This document shows positions 43,452 through 53,484 of a stretch of 54,102 nt of DNA, in pieces. The translations under genes were made by a program, and so were the position numbers. Where the stretch lies: NCBI GenBank assembly GCA_035297365.1, contig DATGZA010000060.1, forward strand, positions 1 through 54,102, read 5' to 3'. Each line of letters begins with the position of its first letter. Position 1 is the stretch's first letter. This DNA is from Nitrososphaeraceae archaeon. GTDB lineage: Archaea; Thermoproteota; Nitrososphaeria; Nitrososphaerales; Nitrososphaeraceae. Below the pieces are notes generated by a model. It saw only the letters and a program-made list of their open reading frames with translations. It made no database searches and was not told the origin of the DNA.

Positions 43452-43718
43452 TTGATGGTTACACAATTAGGTGAAATCAGACGTGTAATTGTGGAAGATA
43501 AAGGTAAAAAAGCGAAGATCTTATTCGATCCTGCTGGGACAACAACACCACCTCTATGGTTAAAACTGTCAAATGACAGTACGAGTTCATTTGTAGCAAT
43601 GGTATCAGCTGCTTGTACGGGATTTATCTATGGTGGTCCTGTATTCGGCGGTCCACATGTGCACGTAACATACGACACTGGCGACAACGAAGTTGATGAA
43701 ATACAGATACATCGTTAG
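43452..43718 (+). CDS. Small hypothetical protein (possible OB-fold)
   Basis: Clean ORF; TATA-like TTTAAAT upstream and pyrimidine tract downstream; ATG at 43455 is the likelier start. Confidence 0.75.
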   Translation: MMVTQLGEIRRVIVEDKGKKAKILFDPAGTTTPPLWLKLSNDSTSSFVAMVSAACTGFIYGGPVFGGPHVHVTYDTGDNEVDEIQIHR

Positions 43719-43720
43719 AA

Positions 43721-43739
43721 CTTCCCCTTTCTTTTTTTT
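43721..43739 (+). terminator. Archaeal-type pyrimidine/T-rich terminator
   Basis: TTCCCCTTTCTTTTTTTT directly after the stop codon. Confidence 0.5.
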
Positions 43740-45339
43740 GAAGTTGGTGATATCTAGTTTGGAACAGAAATGAGATAGTTGAAGTTGAGATATAACCCAC
43801 TTAAATCATATTATGCTAATAGCAGGATGGAAATAAGATTATTAACATATTAAATTGTATACAGAGGGGTTTAATGAAAATAATGCTTAGTTATAAAAAT
43901 TAATTTATAATATGAACAATATGTCTAAATAATTGAATAATAAATTATTTTAATATTGGATAATAATAATAATAACAATACAAAAAAATCTGAATTTATT
44001 CCAGTACATTTATTGAAATAGATATAGATTCAAAAAATATTTTAATTTCAGATGGATAATCACATGTAATCACATGGTAATTTATATTCATTGATTTAAC
44101 AATAAAACTTCAGACTATAGTCAAATCCGATCACATCAGGATTAAAAGCGATAGCGGTACCAAAATAAGCGTCTAACGTCACTATAAAAGCAATATTTTT
44201 TAGCAATTATTAGAAATGATAATAGGACTTTTATAATTGCAGAGACATGTATGAAAAAGTAATTATATAATTTATTATAGATCAGTTGTTCAAATTACTA
44301 CATCGAATCATTTTTTCTCCCATTTATTTTATTTACTCTATCATTTTTTATAATATTCTTTTAAATCTTATTTTCTAATTTCTTTAATAAATCTCATGGC
44401 ATATCCCTTTTCATAGTTAACAATTTCCTGACGATAAAAATTATACTTTATTAGATTCTATTATATTGTATGTAGTTTATTCGTAACAATTTAGAACAGA
44501 ATGACTTTAAAGAATAAAACAAGTGGTATGGAATGTTTTTGCTAGGAGAAGATTCAATATGACTATTGAAAAGATTTACCATCCAATTTATTTAATCAAT
44601 GAATAAGCAAATTCCATGAAAATTTATTTATCTATGTTAATTTATTCTCTAGATGAAAGAAATCAACAAGACTGATTATTATAATAATAATAATGATGTT
44701 GATGTTACATTTCTGAAATTACTAATTGAATCAATAGAATATGCGGATTTTCAAATACGTTCAGAACCCTTAATCAATTTTTGATTGATGATGAAAAACC
44801 TATGTTAATTCATACAGGCCATATAGACATGTAAAAAATATAAGAAAAATAAAAGAAGTTTTCACTTTGGTGAAAGTTAGCATATGTATCCTTTTTACGC
44901 TTTGAAAATGACAAATGTGGTAGAATGACATTTTCAGAATTTGCTGATCCAAAATTAGTATGCAGCGATTTAAGTTCAAATCTCAATATAATGGGATAGT
45001 ATAAGATTCCGGTAGACCATATAGCAGTTTGGGATATAGTGTAATACAGTATGATATCATTCCTACAGAAATTTATAGAATTGCACAAATATACACCATA
45101 TGCAAAAAGGGTTATTTTCCTCTGTCTCTATATAAAATGCGATCATTGGTAATATATTTACACCAGAAAAAAGTCAGATAAATATTATATAATACACAAA
45201 TAAGATATTGTTTAATTTTACAGTCAAAAGCATTTATCTTCGCAATTAAATTAATCATCAACCTGAGAGTTAACTAACAATTATAGTGATTACATCTTTC
45301 ATAGAAAAAGAAAAAAATGTGATTTATATAATAATTTCT

Positions 45340-45702
45340 ATGGCGGTAGAAACTATAACAGCCACATTATGGCCAGAAAAAGTAACAGACTCTGTTCTCC
45401 CAGTAGTAGTTAACTTTAGTGCAGTTCGTTGTGGTTTTTGTCAAGCTTTAGAACCATTGTATAATCGATTATCTGGACAGTATAATAATAAGTTGATATT
45501 TCTAAAGCTTATGGTAGACGATCAAAATAATCAGGAATTATTAGATAGGATATCGATTGGAGGTACTCCTATGCTAAAGTTTTATTGTAAAAATAGAGAG
45601 ATAGGTGAGCATATTGGATATGCAATAGAACCAGTATTAAAACAAAAGATAGAAACCTTTTTATCAGAAATGGAATTCTGCATTAAGAATAGTACGAAAT
45701 AA
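45340..45702 (+). CDS. Thioredoxin-family protein
   Basis: PVVVNFSAVRCGFC, GTP cis-Pro motif. ATG at 45340 preferred over the track start. Confidence 0.85.
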   Translation: MAVETITATLWPEKVTDSVLPVVVNFSAVRCGFCQALEPLYNRLSGQYNNKLIFLKLMVDDQNNQELLDRISIGGTPMLKFYCKNREIGEHIGYAIEPVLKQKIETFLSEMEFCIKNSTK

Positions 45703-46336
45703 GCCAAGTAATTATATTGTTGGTAAATTTAAAAGAGTCTCTTAGGCTAAGACTAATCCTATTTTCCAATGCGTTTTGTTTTCAACCTTGGATTATAAAA
45801 ATAAATGAATAACTAAATCACCTGTAGTGTACATATTATTGGTCACAGTTAAAACTATTATTTTAGTCTATAATGTTTGGACACCAAGATAAATATGGAT
45901 CTGTTACTTTATCATTCATCTGGAATAATATTTCATACCTTTCTTTCTAAATGACAATTAAGTTATATACTACAAAATTTCGAAAATAGTTTTAACTTCA
46001 TTATCAAATTTAAACCAAACTTCTTTATATATTTGTAATGGGAGGGGACGGGTAACGGCCAAATTTGTATATAATTCAAATATCCATATCTCTAATTCAA
46101 AGACACGACATTCAAGTTTGAATATAGACATATAGACAGGTTTAACAAATGTCTGTAATCATGATGAACTTATTATCGAAACAATTTATGTTTAATTTGA
46201 GGTAATTTATATATAAAAACAAAAAGATATCGACAAGGTGAAACTAATAATTATCCGAAAAAATGGTTCTAAAAAAGTTTCAAATATAGTTTAATGCAAG
46301 GAATAAAAAAAATTGGGGATAATTTTATCTACTATT

Positions 46337-46789
46337 CTAAATCTGATCTAAATAAAGGTATTTACCGAATTCACTCCCGAGCCATATTCCAGGTGCATCT
46401 ATACCAGCATTTCCAGGAACTGGTCCATGAAATAGTCCGTATGTTGTAACAGGTGGGCCACCTTCTGATATTTTTACGGTAACGTTCTTAACCAGCCATT
46501 TTTTATTCGAATCGTAGCAAAGGTACACGCTATATTTTGTATTGTTTACATCACTAATATCTATTCTAATGGGCTTTGTTGGATTATTTTTATCTGGGTT
46601 ATTTACTGTCGAATTGGTGTCATTTTCATCTAGAACAAAATCATCTATATCCGCTCTTTCGAATGTATTGTCACCACTTCTAGCCAATCTAAACTCTCTA
46701 TTTCCAACACCTAAATAAACCGGACCGTCAGCGTCAGCTCCACTTTCATCTGCTGTTTCTATATGTACTTCTATTCTTCTTATATGCAT
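46337..46789 (-). CDS. Stand-alone PLAT/LH2-like beta-sandwich protein
   Basis: V.IETAD.SGADADGPVYLG, FERADIDDF, WLVKNVTV, WL: matches the PLAT consensus (TGD..GAGTD..VYL, FERG..D.F, W....V.V). Confidence 0.7.
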   Translation of the reverse strand: MHIRRIEVHIETADESGADADGPVYLGVGNREFRLARSGDNTFERADIDDFVLDENDTNSTVNNPDKNNPTKPIRIDISDVNNTKYSVYLCYDSNKKWLVKNVTVKISEGGPPVTTYGLFHGPVPGNAGIDAPGIWLGSEFGKYLYLDQI

Positions 46790-46888
46790 TACATATTTAT
46801 TACATTACTTATCTTTAAATATGATCCTCTAATCATAGACCCATATTACTAAATATATTTATCATATTATTCAATGTTAAACAAAAAT

Positions 46889-46906
46889 TTTTTCGGCGCC
46901 GAAAAA
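46889..46906. promoter_or_regulatory. Palindromic operator-like site, copy 2
   Basis: Perfect TTTTTCGGCGCCGAAAAA between the divergent PLAT-like gene and the peptide-tyrosinase unit. Confidence 0.7.
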
Positions 46907-47511
46907 TTACAATAAAACATTAGATCTTATAATCAATAGGATGGCTATAATTGGTCAGATATATGCCATCCTGTTGTCAATTACCCATCTTTTGTGTAAT
47001 GATATAATTATATGGTATTTGTATTATTTATTATATTTGGTAACAAAAGTACTGCATAAGAAGTATGGTCCTCTCTATAATATAACGATCCTATTTTGGT
47101 ATGTCTTTTTATCAATCGTAATATCCTACTTTTTCCGTTAGAGATTTCAAATGTAATAGTATCATTTTCCATTAAATTTAGAGAAAAAGCATATATTGAT
47201 ACTCAATTATAGCCGAAGGTCTAATAACCGTTATACTATTCAATTTCATATTGTACATTGATCCAAATAAAATATGTTATATAATTTAACCTTAGATATT
47301 AATTAGATTCAATGACTTAGGGTTTTACACATTATATGACTATAATATATTATCTAAATGAGTTCGGAAAATGAGTTACCTAAAATGACATTTTCTAATT
47401 ATTGTAATATAATATATATTTTATAGAAATAATATATTATTTACATGAACAATTGCAATTTCTATAAAATTACGAATATCTTTATATAATTTAACTTGTT
47501 GCTCATATAAC

Positions 47512-47727
47512 ATGGAATCAGCAAACAAGACGCTGACCGATGAAGAGATGAAAAATTTGGCAAAATTATATTGGGCAAATGCAAAACGATCCCAGAAGAA
47601 ATCAAGAAAACTAAGTCTTGATAAAATGCCAGGAGAAGAAGAGATGGAATCCGAGTCTATGGGTAAAATGCCAGGAGAAGAAGAAGAGATGGAATCTGAG
47701 TCTATGGGTAAAATGCCAGGAGAGTGA
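47512..47727 (+). CDS. 71-aa peptide with Met/Glu-rich tandem repeats (candidate tyrosinase copper partner)
   Basis: Basic/helical N-half, then KMPGEEE(E)MESESMG twice plus KMPGE. TATA-like TTTATATA upstream; ends 6 bp before the tyrosinase ATG. Confidence 0.75.
   Translation: MESANKTLTDEEMKNLAKLYWANAKRSQKKSRKLSLDKMPGEEEMESESMGKMPGEEEEMESESMGKMPGE
47622..47724. repeat. In-frame 42/45-bp tandem repeat
   Basis: TAAAATGCCAGGAGA starts at 47622, 47664 and 47709. Units differ by one GAA codon and one synonymous change (TCC/TCT). Confidence 0.92.
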
Positions 47728-47733
47728 AAAAAG

Positions 47734-48699
47734 ATGGGACATAGAAGAGATTTGAATAGTCTTAGTGCAGCTGACAGAACTGCCCTTGTCAACTTGATGC
47801 TAAATTATATCAATGATGATATAGTATGGCAACATAATCCTCTTAATCCAAACGCAATAGTTCACCATGAAGGCGAACATGCATTCATTACACACAGAAA
47901 CTTTATTGGAGATTTAGAATCATGGCTTGCTTCACATGGTGGAAGCAAATTTGTTCCTTTACCAATGTGGGATCCTGGTAATTCAATTCCTTCTGAGTTT
48001 AATGTTGTAAAGCCTCAGGACAATAGCACTCCACGCCCACCTTTACAAAATCTTAATCCCAATATACCAAAACCTGCAAATCTAAATTCACCAGCATTAT
48101 GCACCTTGACAACTAACGGGGATATACTTTGGAATAATCATGTTGATGGGTGGCATGGCGCAGTTCATGTTACAATTGGTGGTACTATGGGAGATATTAC
48201 AATAGCACCGGCTGCACCAATATTTTTCTGTTGGCACGGATTTGTGGATGAAATCTATGAAGACTATCTAACATGTCGCTGGAGTGGATGGGAGGACCTT
48301 GGTGGTATAATTACATCTGCACCTTCTGTGGCTTCATGGGCAGCTAATCGTTTGGATTGTTTTGTCAGAGGGCAAGACTCTCATATGTGGCACAAATGGT
48401 GGAACGGTTCAAGCTGGAGTGGATGGGAGGACCTTGGTGGTAAAATCACGGCTGCGCCTGCTGTTGCCTCAAGAGGAACAAACAGATTGGATTGCTTTGT
48501 TAAAGGTCAAGATAATGCCTTGTGGTACAAGTGGATAGATAGTTCAGTAGTTCATGGTCACCCAGGAGTTTGGAGTGGCTGGCATTCTTTAGGGGGGATT
48601 CTTGACAACGCGCCTGCCGCAGTATCTTGGGGTCCAAACCGTATAGACTGTTTCGTCCGAGGAATGAACAACCATATGTGGCACAAATGGAGGGCATAA
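47734..48699 (+). CDS. Tyrosinase (type-3 copper) domain fused to three PLL/fucose-lectin-type beta-propeller repeats
   Basis: RRDLNSLS start; CuA candidates WQH, VHH, FITHR; LPMWD; CuB HGAVH..IGG.M...P..PIFFCWH..VD. Repeats WSGWEDLGG..T.AP.VASW..NRLDCFVRG.D.HMWHKW. Confidence 0.88.
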   Translation: MGHRRDLNSLSAADRTALVNLMLNYINDDIVWQHNPLNPNAIVHHEGEHAFITHRNFIGDLESWLASHGGSKFVPLPMWDPGNSIPSEFNVVKPQDNSTPRPPLQNLNPNIPKPANLNSPALCTLTTNGDILWNNHVDGWHGAVHVTIGGTMGDITIAPAAPIFFCWHGFVDEIYEDYLTCRWSGWEDLGGIITSAPSVASWAANRLDCFVRGQDSHMWHKWWNGSSWSGWEDLGGKITAAPAVASRGTNRLDCFVKGQDNALWYKWIDSSVVHGHPGVWSGWHSLGGILDNAPAAVSWGPNRIDCFVRGMNNHMWHKWRA

Positions 48700-49229
48700 T
48701 ACTATATTCTATTTCTTCACCTTCCTTTTTTGTCCCATATTAATTTGTGTATGATTAATGTATAGTAGGTATTGAAAGAATAAGAAACAATGAATCATTG
48801 TATATTTTAAATGCAGTCACATCTCTGTTAGAAGAAAAGTTATGACATATCTACCCTTAAAATAGACATATTATCTCATAATAAGTTGTAATCTCACATT
48901 TAAATTTGATAAATGCGTCAGATTCTTTAAATGTGTTTATCACTCGTTTCAATGTAACACCTTCTTTCAGCAGATATATTTCTATTAAACTAACTCATTA
49001 AAGAAAGAAATAAAGATGTTAATTTTTACATCGATAGAATTCAGTAATGAAAAAGAAACCAAAAAACTAATGGAACTGTTAGAGGAAAATTAATTTAACA
49101 CGTTAATTCTTACACATTCAAACGGAGGTGTGTCAACTGTTTTTAACACAATTTTGTAGTTCACAAATAGAAAATACTTAACCGATGAAAAGAATATAAT
49201 AATTAAAAAATATACACTCTGTTAATTAT

Positions 49230-49658
49230 ATGAATTCAAATGAAATTGCTGATATCTTAGATGTTGTTGTGATTCCTATTGTGGTAGTACTAATTGCACT
49301 CCTTTGGTCAGATATTCAATCTTGGCATAGAAAAAGAAAATTTAAAAATTTAATTTGTAGAGAATTAGAAGAATTAAAGCCGCCAAAAAAGAAAGATCCA
49401 GAAAAAAATTGGAATGAACATTTTAATAAAAGATTAATTCATCGTGAGATTTTTAATAATGTCGCCGAAAATCGTGACTTTATTCTCAGCCTTGATCCTG
49501 ATTTAGTTTATTATGTCAGCAACTTATGGAATGCTTATGATAATTCAGATTATGAACAATTCAAATACTATCTAACTAAAATTTTATCTCATTATGAGGT
49601 AAAAAATTCAGAATCTATTAAAGAGAAATGGGAAAATCTATTAAATAACAAGAATTAA
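49230..49658 (+). CDS. Hypothetical protein with one N-terminal TM helix
   Basis: VVVIPIVVVLIALLW followed by basic RKRKFK and a helical domain. Confidence 0.7.
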   Translation: MNSNEIADILDVVVIPIVVVLIALLWSDIQSWHRKRKFKNLICRELEELKPPKKKDPEKNWNEHFNKRLIHREIFNNVAENRDFILSLDPDLVYYVSNLWNAYDNSDYEQFKYYLTKILSHYEVKNSESIKEKWENLLNNKN

Positions 49659-50274
49659 ACTTTTAGATTAAAACAGGATTGATAATTCCATTGAATAACA
49701 AGTCGATACAATTCTGAGGGCTTCCAATTTGCATTATAACAGGGTTCGGTAACATAATATTTAAGTTTTCAGGTATTTCAAATACGATTATTTTTACTGT
49801 TCAATAAATATAAAATTCTGATTGTGTACAATTCCCACCAGAGGCTCAGAATTCTAACCTCGAGTCCGCTTGTTTGGTTCAGTCATCAGTCGTTATAAAA
49901 CGATAATATCGAGATAAACTTTTTGAACTTTAATAAATATTATTTGTTTTATTAAAATTATATTAAAAAACAAGTTGAACGTCCGGGCATGACGTTGATA
50001 TCGACTCTAAGCATTTAGTAATTTTAAATATTCTATCTAAAAAGGTTTATTTAATACTTTTTTCTTGAAATTAATATTTTCTATATATATTCCAGAAAGC
50101 AAATACAAAATAATTATAATAGAACCCTATTAATGAACTATCCAAATCCCGACAAGATTATTAAATATTCAGATGACCCTTACTTAAAAAGAGAATCCTA
50201 TTAATAGATTTTGTATCAATAGTTTATTAAAATGTAATACAACAGTGGCAATTTATTTAAATTTATTTGTCAAA

Positions 50275-50292
50275 TTTTAAGGCGCCGAAAAA
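50275..50292. promoter_or_regulatory. Palindromic operator-like site, copy 3 (2 mismatches)
   Basis: TTTTAAGGCGCCGAAAAA upstream of the lipase gene. Confidence 0.55.
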
Positions 50293-50527
50293 AATTACTA
50301 TATTCACAATAATTTATAATAATTAAGACAAAAAGATTAATAAAAAAAAAGGTTTCTTATGATAGGTAAATAATTATAAGTATTATATTTTTCTAAATCA
50401 AACAAAAAACTTAAAACTACAATAAAAAACCTTTAAACTCCACTCTACTACTCAAGCCTTAGCTATGTAATAGAACATTATAAAAATTACCAACATGTAT
50501 AAAAACATCTTATTTTTTTATAATAAC

Positions 50528-51403
50528 ATGAAAGAAAAATATACAACATTATGTGCTATAACCATACTATTATTATTAACTGTAATCTCTAGCTCATTTT
50601 TTTTTCCAACAGCGAATGGTCAACAGCGACTTCCAGTTCTTTTGATACATGGTTATCTAAATGATAAATCAGTATGGAATGATTGGGTAATGGATCTTAA
50701 AGCACTTGGCTTTAATGTAAAAGCAGTAGAATTTAATGGAAATGATAAATGTGGAAGTGCCGCAGATCATGCGGAACAGTTAAGAAATATAGTTGAAGAT
50801 TTCAAGACAAGTACTGGATCAGATAAGATAAACATAGTTGGTCATAGCAAAGGTGGATTAGATGCAAGAGTATATTTGGCTAATGATCTTGCAAATGATG
50901 ATATTGCAAATCTAATAATGATTGGAACTCCAAATGCAGGCTCTCCAAGAGCAGAAAATAGAGATCTTGAAGTGATTAACAATGCCAATAAGATTTGTCG
51001 GCCATTTCCAGATCAAGCTATAAATGATTTAATACCTGGAGCTGCAGCTACTGAAGTAAAAAAGAATGATCATACTCAATATCATACTATTGCTGGAGAC
51101 TGGAAAGCTATCTTTGACAGTGGGATGTTCATTTCCACACTTATTCCCACACCACCGTTTGGGATACTTGTTTGGGCACTTGTTTGGACACTTATTGATA
51201 ATGATTGTATAGATGACGTAGCAATAGTTACTTATCAATTCGATGGAAATATAGAGATCGATGGGTCTGATGATGGAATTGTACCGCTCGAGAGTGTTGA
51301 ATCAGGAGGATTTAACTCACTTGGGCATACAGATAATTGTCATACAAATTTGTTTAGCAATGAAGAGTTTAATAAGGCAATGACTATACTTGGGAGGCAA
51401 TGA
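50528..51403 (+). CDS. Secreted alpha/beta-hydrolase (lipase/esterase-like)
   Basis: Signal peptide from MKEKY; PVLLIHGY, nucleophile GHSKGG, IGTPNAGS, DDGIVP, CH. Confidence 0.88.
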   Translation: MKEKYTTLCAITILLLLTVISSSFFFPTANGQQRLPVLLIHGYLNDKSVWNDWVMDLKALGFNVKAVEFNGNDKCGSAADHAEQLRNIVEDFKTSTGSDKINIVGHSKGGLDARVYLANDLANDDIANLIMIGTPNAGSPRAENRDLEVINNANKICRPFPDQAINDLIPGAAATEVKKNDHTQYHTIAGDWKAIFDSGMFISTLIPTPPFGILVWALVWTLIDNDCIDDVAIVTYQFDGNIEIDGSDDGIVPLESVESGGFNSLGHTDNCHTNLFSNEEFNKAMTILGRQ

Positions 51404-51723
51404 CTATACTTAATGTTTAATTAAAAAAGATTATTGGATAGTAATCTCATTAAAACTTTATATTCCGTCTTCCAAATACCGATTCACTCCTTCTACTAGA
51501 CATTTCTAAAATGGTGAGTGCATATAGTTTTTCATTCGAATCAGCTTATATGCTTTATAATACAATGTGTAAGTTCATACCTATAGCAGTATGTTTTATC
51601 TGTTTGGATACAAGAAATCTAATAAAATTCTCTGTTACATATATGTGTCTTACCTTTAGAAACTGTGTTTCCAAGGATAGAACTGAAACTTTTGATGATT
51701 ATTGAGGATATCAAAAAAGTTTT

Positions 51724-51846
51724 TTACAAGAAAAAAACCGGTAGAGGACTGTGTGCCTGACCTTGAACTGAAAGGATTACTGACGTTGGTACAGTTAAAT
51801 TAAATACTGAAAAAATTAGTAAAACCAATAAAGAAATTGTTCTCAT
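51724..51846 (-). other. 40-aa signal-peptide-like ORF, possibly a truncated gene
   Basis: MRTISLLVLLIFSVFNLTVPTSVILSVQGQAHSPLPVFFL*, stopping within adjacent homopolymer runs. Confidence 0.4.
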
Positions 51847-52154
51847 TTAATATAAAAAAATAATAGGAACTATTTATTTATATTTGTCATACAAAGAAAC
51901 ATTCTTCTCTTATTGAATATTAAATCGAAATCATTATTCAAAATTTTAGTAAATATAGTATCAGCTGATAAGTGCTAAAATATTTTCGGTTATAAAGATA
52001 AATTGCCAGGCTATTAATTAGGTTTACATTTTACGTTATTATTTATTTATATATTTATTAAGTTTGTCGGATGTAGAATCGTGCATGTAATGGCTTCTAC
52101 TACCTTACATTTAGTCATTATTATATCTCTTGATAAAAATGATATTAAACCTAA

Positions 52155-52172
52155 TTTTTCGGCGTCGAAAAA
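52155..52172. promoter_or_regulatory. Palindromic operator-like site, copy 4 (1 mismatch)
   Basis: AATTTTTCGGCGTCGAAAAATT at 52153-52174. Confidence 0.65.
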
Positions 52173-52795
52173 TTTGAGCCAAATATTTAAGTAGCCAATA
52201 CAATGATCGATAAATCATAAATTAATTGACAATAAAATATGAATTGTGGAATAATGAAAAAATAGCATCTGAGTTATTCTAGTTATTTAAGCATGCAAGG
52301 GAATTTATTTAACGATGTTCTTGATAAAGAGTAATAATTGAATCTCTTTCTATAAGACAATATTGTCATGTTGTGGGTCGTTTGAGTTACAAATTTGTTA
52401 CTAATCCATATTACAGAATGTATATTGATATAATTAAATTAACAGCATCTTTATAATAATAATTAATTCTCTTGTACATAAGGATTGGAATCTTCGTCAA
52501 TCAAATGTGGGTTCTACTTTCGGTTACTAAAATATTGGATTATAATATAAATACATTCGAGTAATCCAAGTTTATAATATAGTCATTATTGTTTATAGAA
52601 TCTTATTTATAAGTTATTTAATGACATTACTTAAACCAATAATACTATTATTACAAACTCCATTTCTTGTGAAATGAGATCAATTATCTAAAATCAACAA
52701 AACTATTGAAACAAATAAAAGATATAAAAATCAAGAATAAATTCATTACAAATAAAAGACAATCTTATAAGGTAAAGAATCGTTTAAATATAATA

Positions 52796-53116
52796 ATGTC
52801 TAAATTTAAACTCCCATTAAAGAGGACCGATTTGAAAGAAGGCGAATTGGTAAAAGCTGAAGTAGGAGATAAATCTATTGTGCTTGGAATGGTTAAAGGG
52901 ACAATATATGCAATGGATTCAGTTTGTTCGCACCAAGGAGGACCACTTGAGGAGGGATGGTTAGACGATTACGATCTTACCTGCCCTTGGCATCAAGGAA
53001 TTTTTGATATACGCACCGCTAAAGGTTCTCCTAAAACAAATTGGGTTACTGATCATAACTCCTATTCTGTCGTTGTTGATGAGAAAAGTGAAGAAATTTT
53101 TGTAGAAATAGATTAG
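52796..53116 (+). CDS. Rieske [2Fe-2S] ferredoxin
   Basis: CSHQGGPL and CPWH..FD; ATG at 52796 (MSKFK) preferred over the track start. Confidence 0.9.
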   Translation: MSKFKLPLKRTDLKEGELVKAEVGDKSIVLGMVKGTIYAMDSVCSHQGGPLEEGWLDDYDLTCPWHQGIFDIRTAKGSPKTNWVTDHNSYSVVVDEKSEEIFVEID

Positions 53117-53484
53117 ATATTAAATAGTGATCATATGTTATCTCTACATCTTGTATGTTCCCAAAACATTTCATCTGAATGGGCAAGGTCTGACTCATTG
53201 TTTACAATATGAACCTAAATAAAAAATATCTATAATATAGCTGGAGTAATAAAATTATAAATTTATAATTATATTTTTTCAATTGTTAAAAAATTATATT
53301 ATAACAATAAAATAATTAGAAACTCAAGATTCTTACTCTTACTCCCCCGTAGGATATGAAATAGGACCTAAATATTCATAACAATAGACACTGATAAATA
53401 TCAATCCACTAAACAACAAAGAATGAATTTTAAGTGCCAAGATCATAGCTATAGTCTGCTCTCACTATGTGTTATATATTTACG

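Noticed and set aside
44480-45130. 92-aa ORF or possible pseudogene
   Set aside because: Fragmented frames with no identifiable family.
47622-47724. Tandem repeats as a CRISPR array
   Set aside because: No unique spacers; unit lengths are multiples of three and encode a peptide; no cas genes in the window.
47421-47792. 123-aa minus-strand repeat ORF
   Set aside because: Antisense of the repeat peptide and the tyrosinase start; the plus strand has the promoter and operon context.
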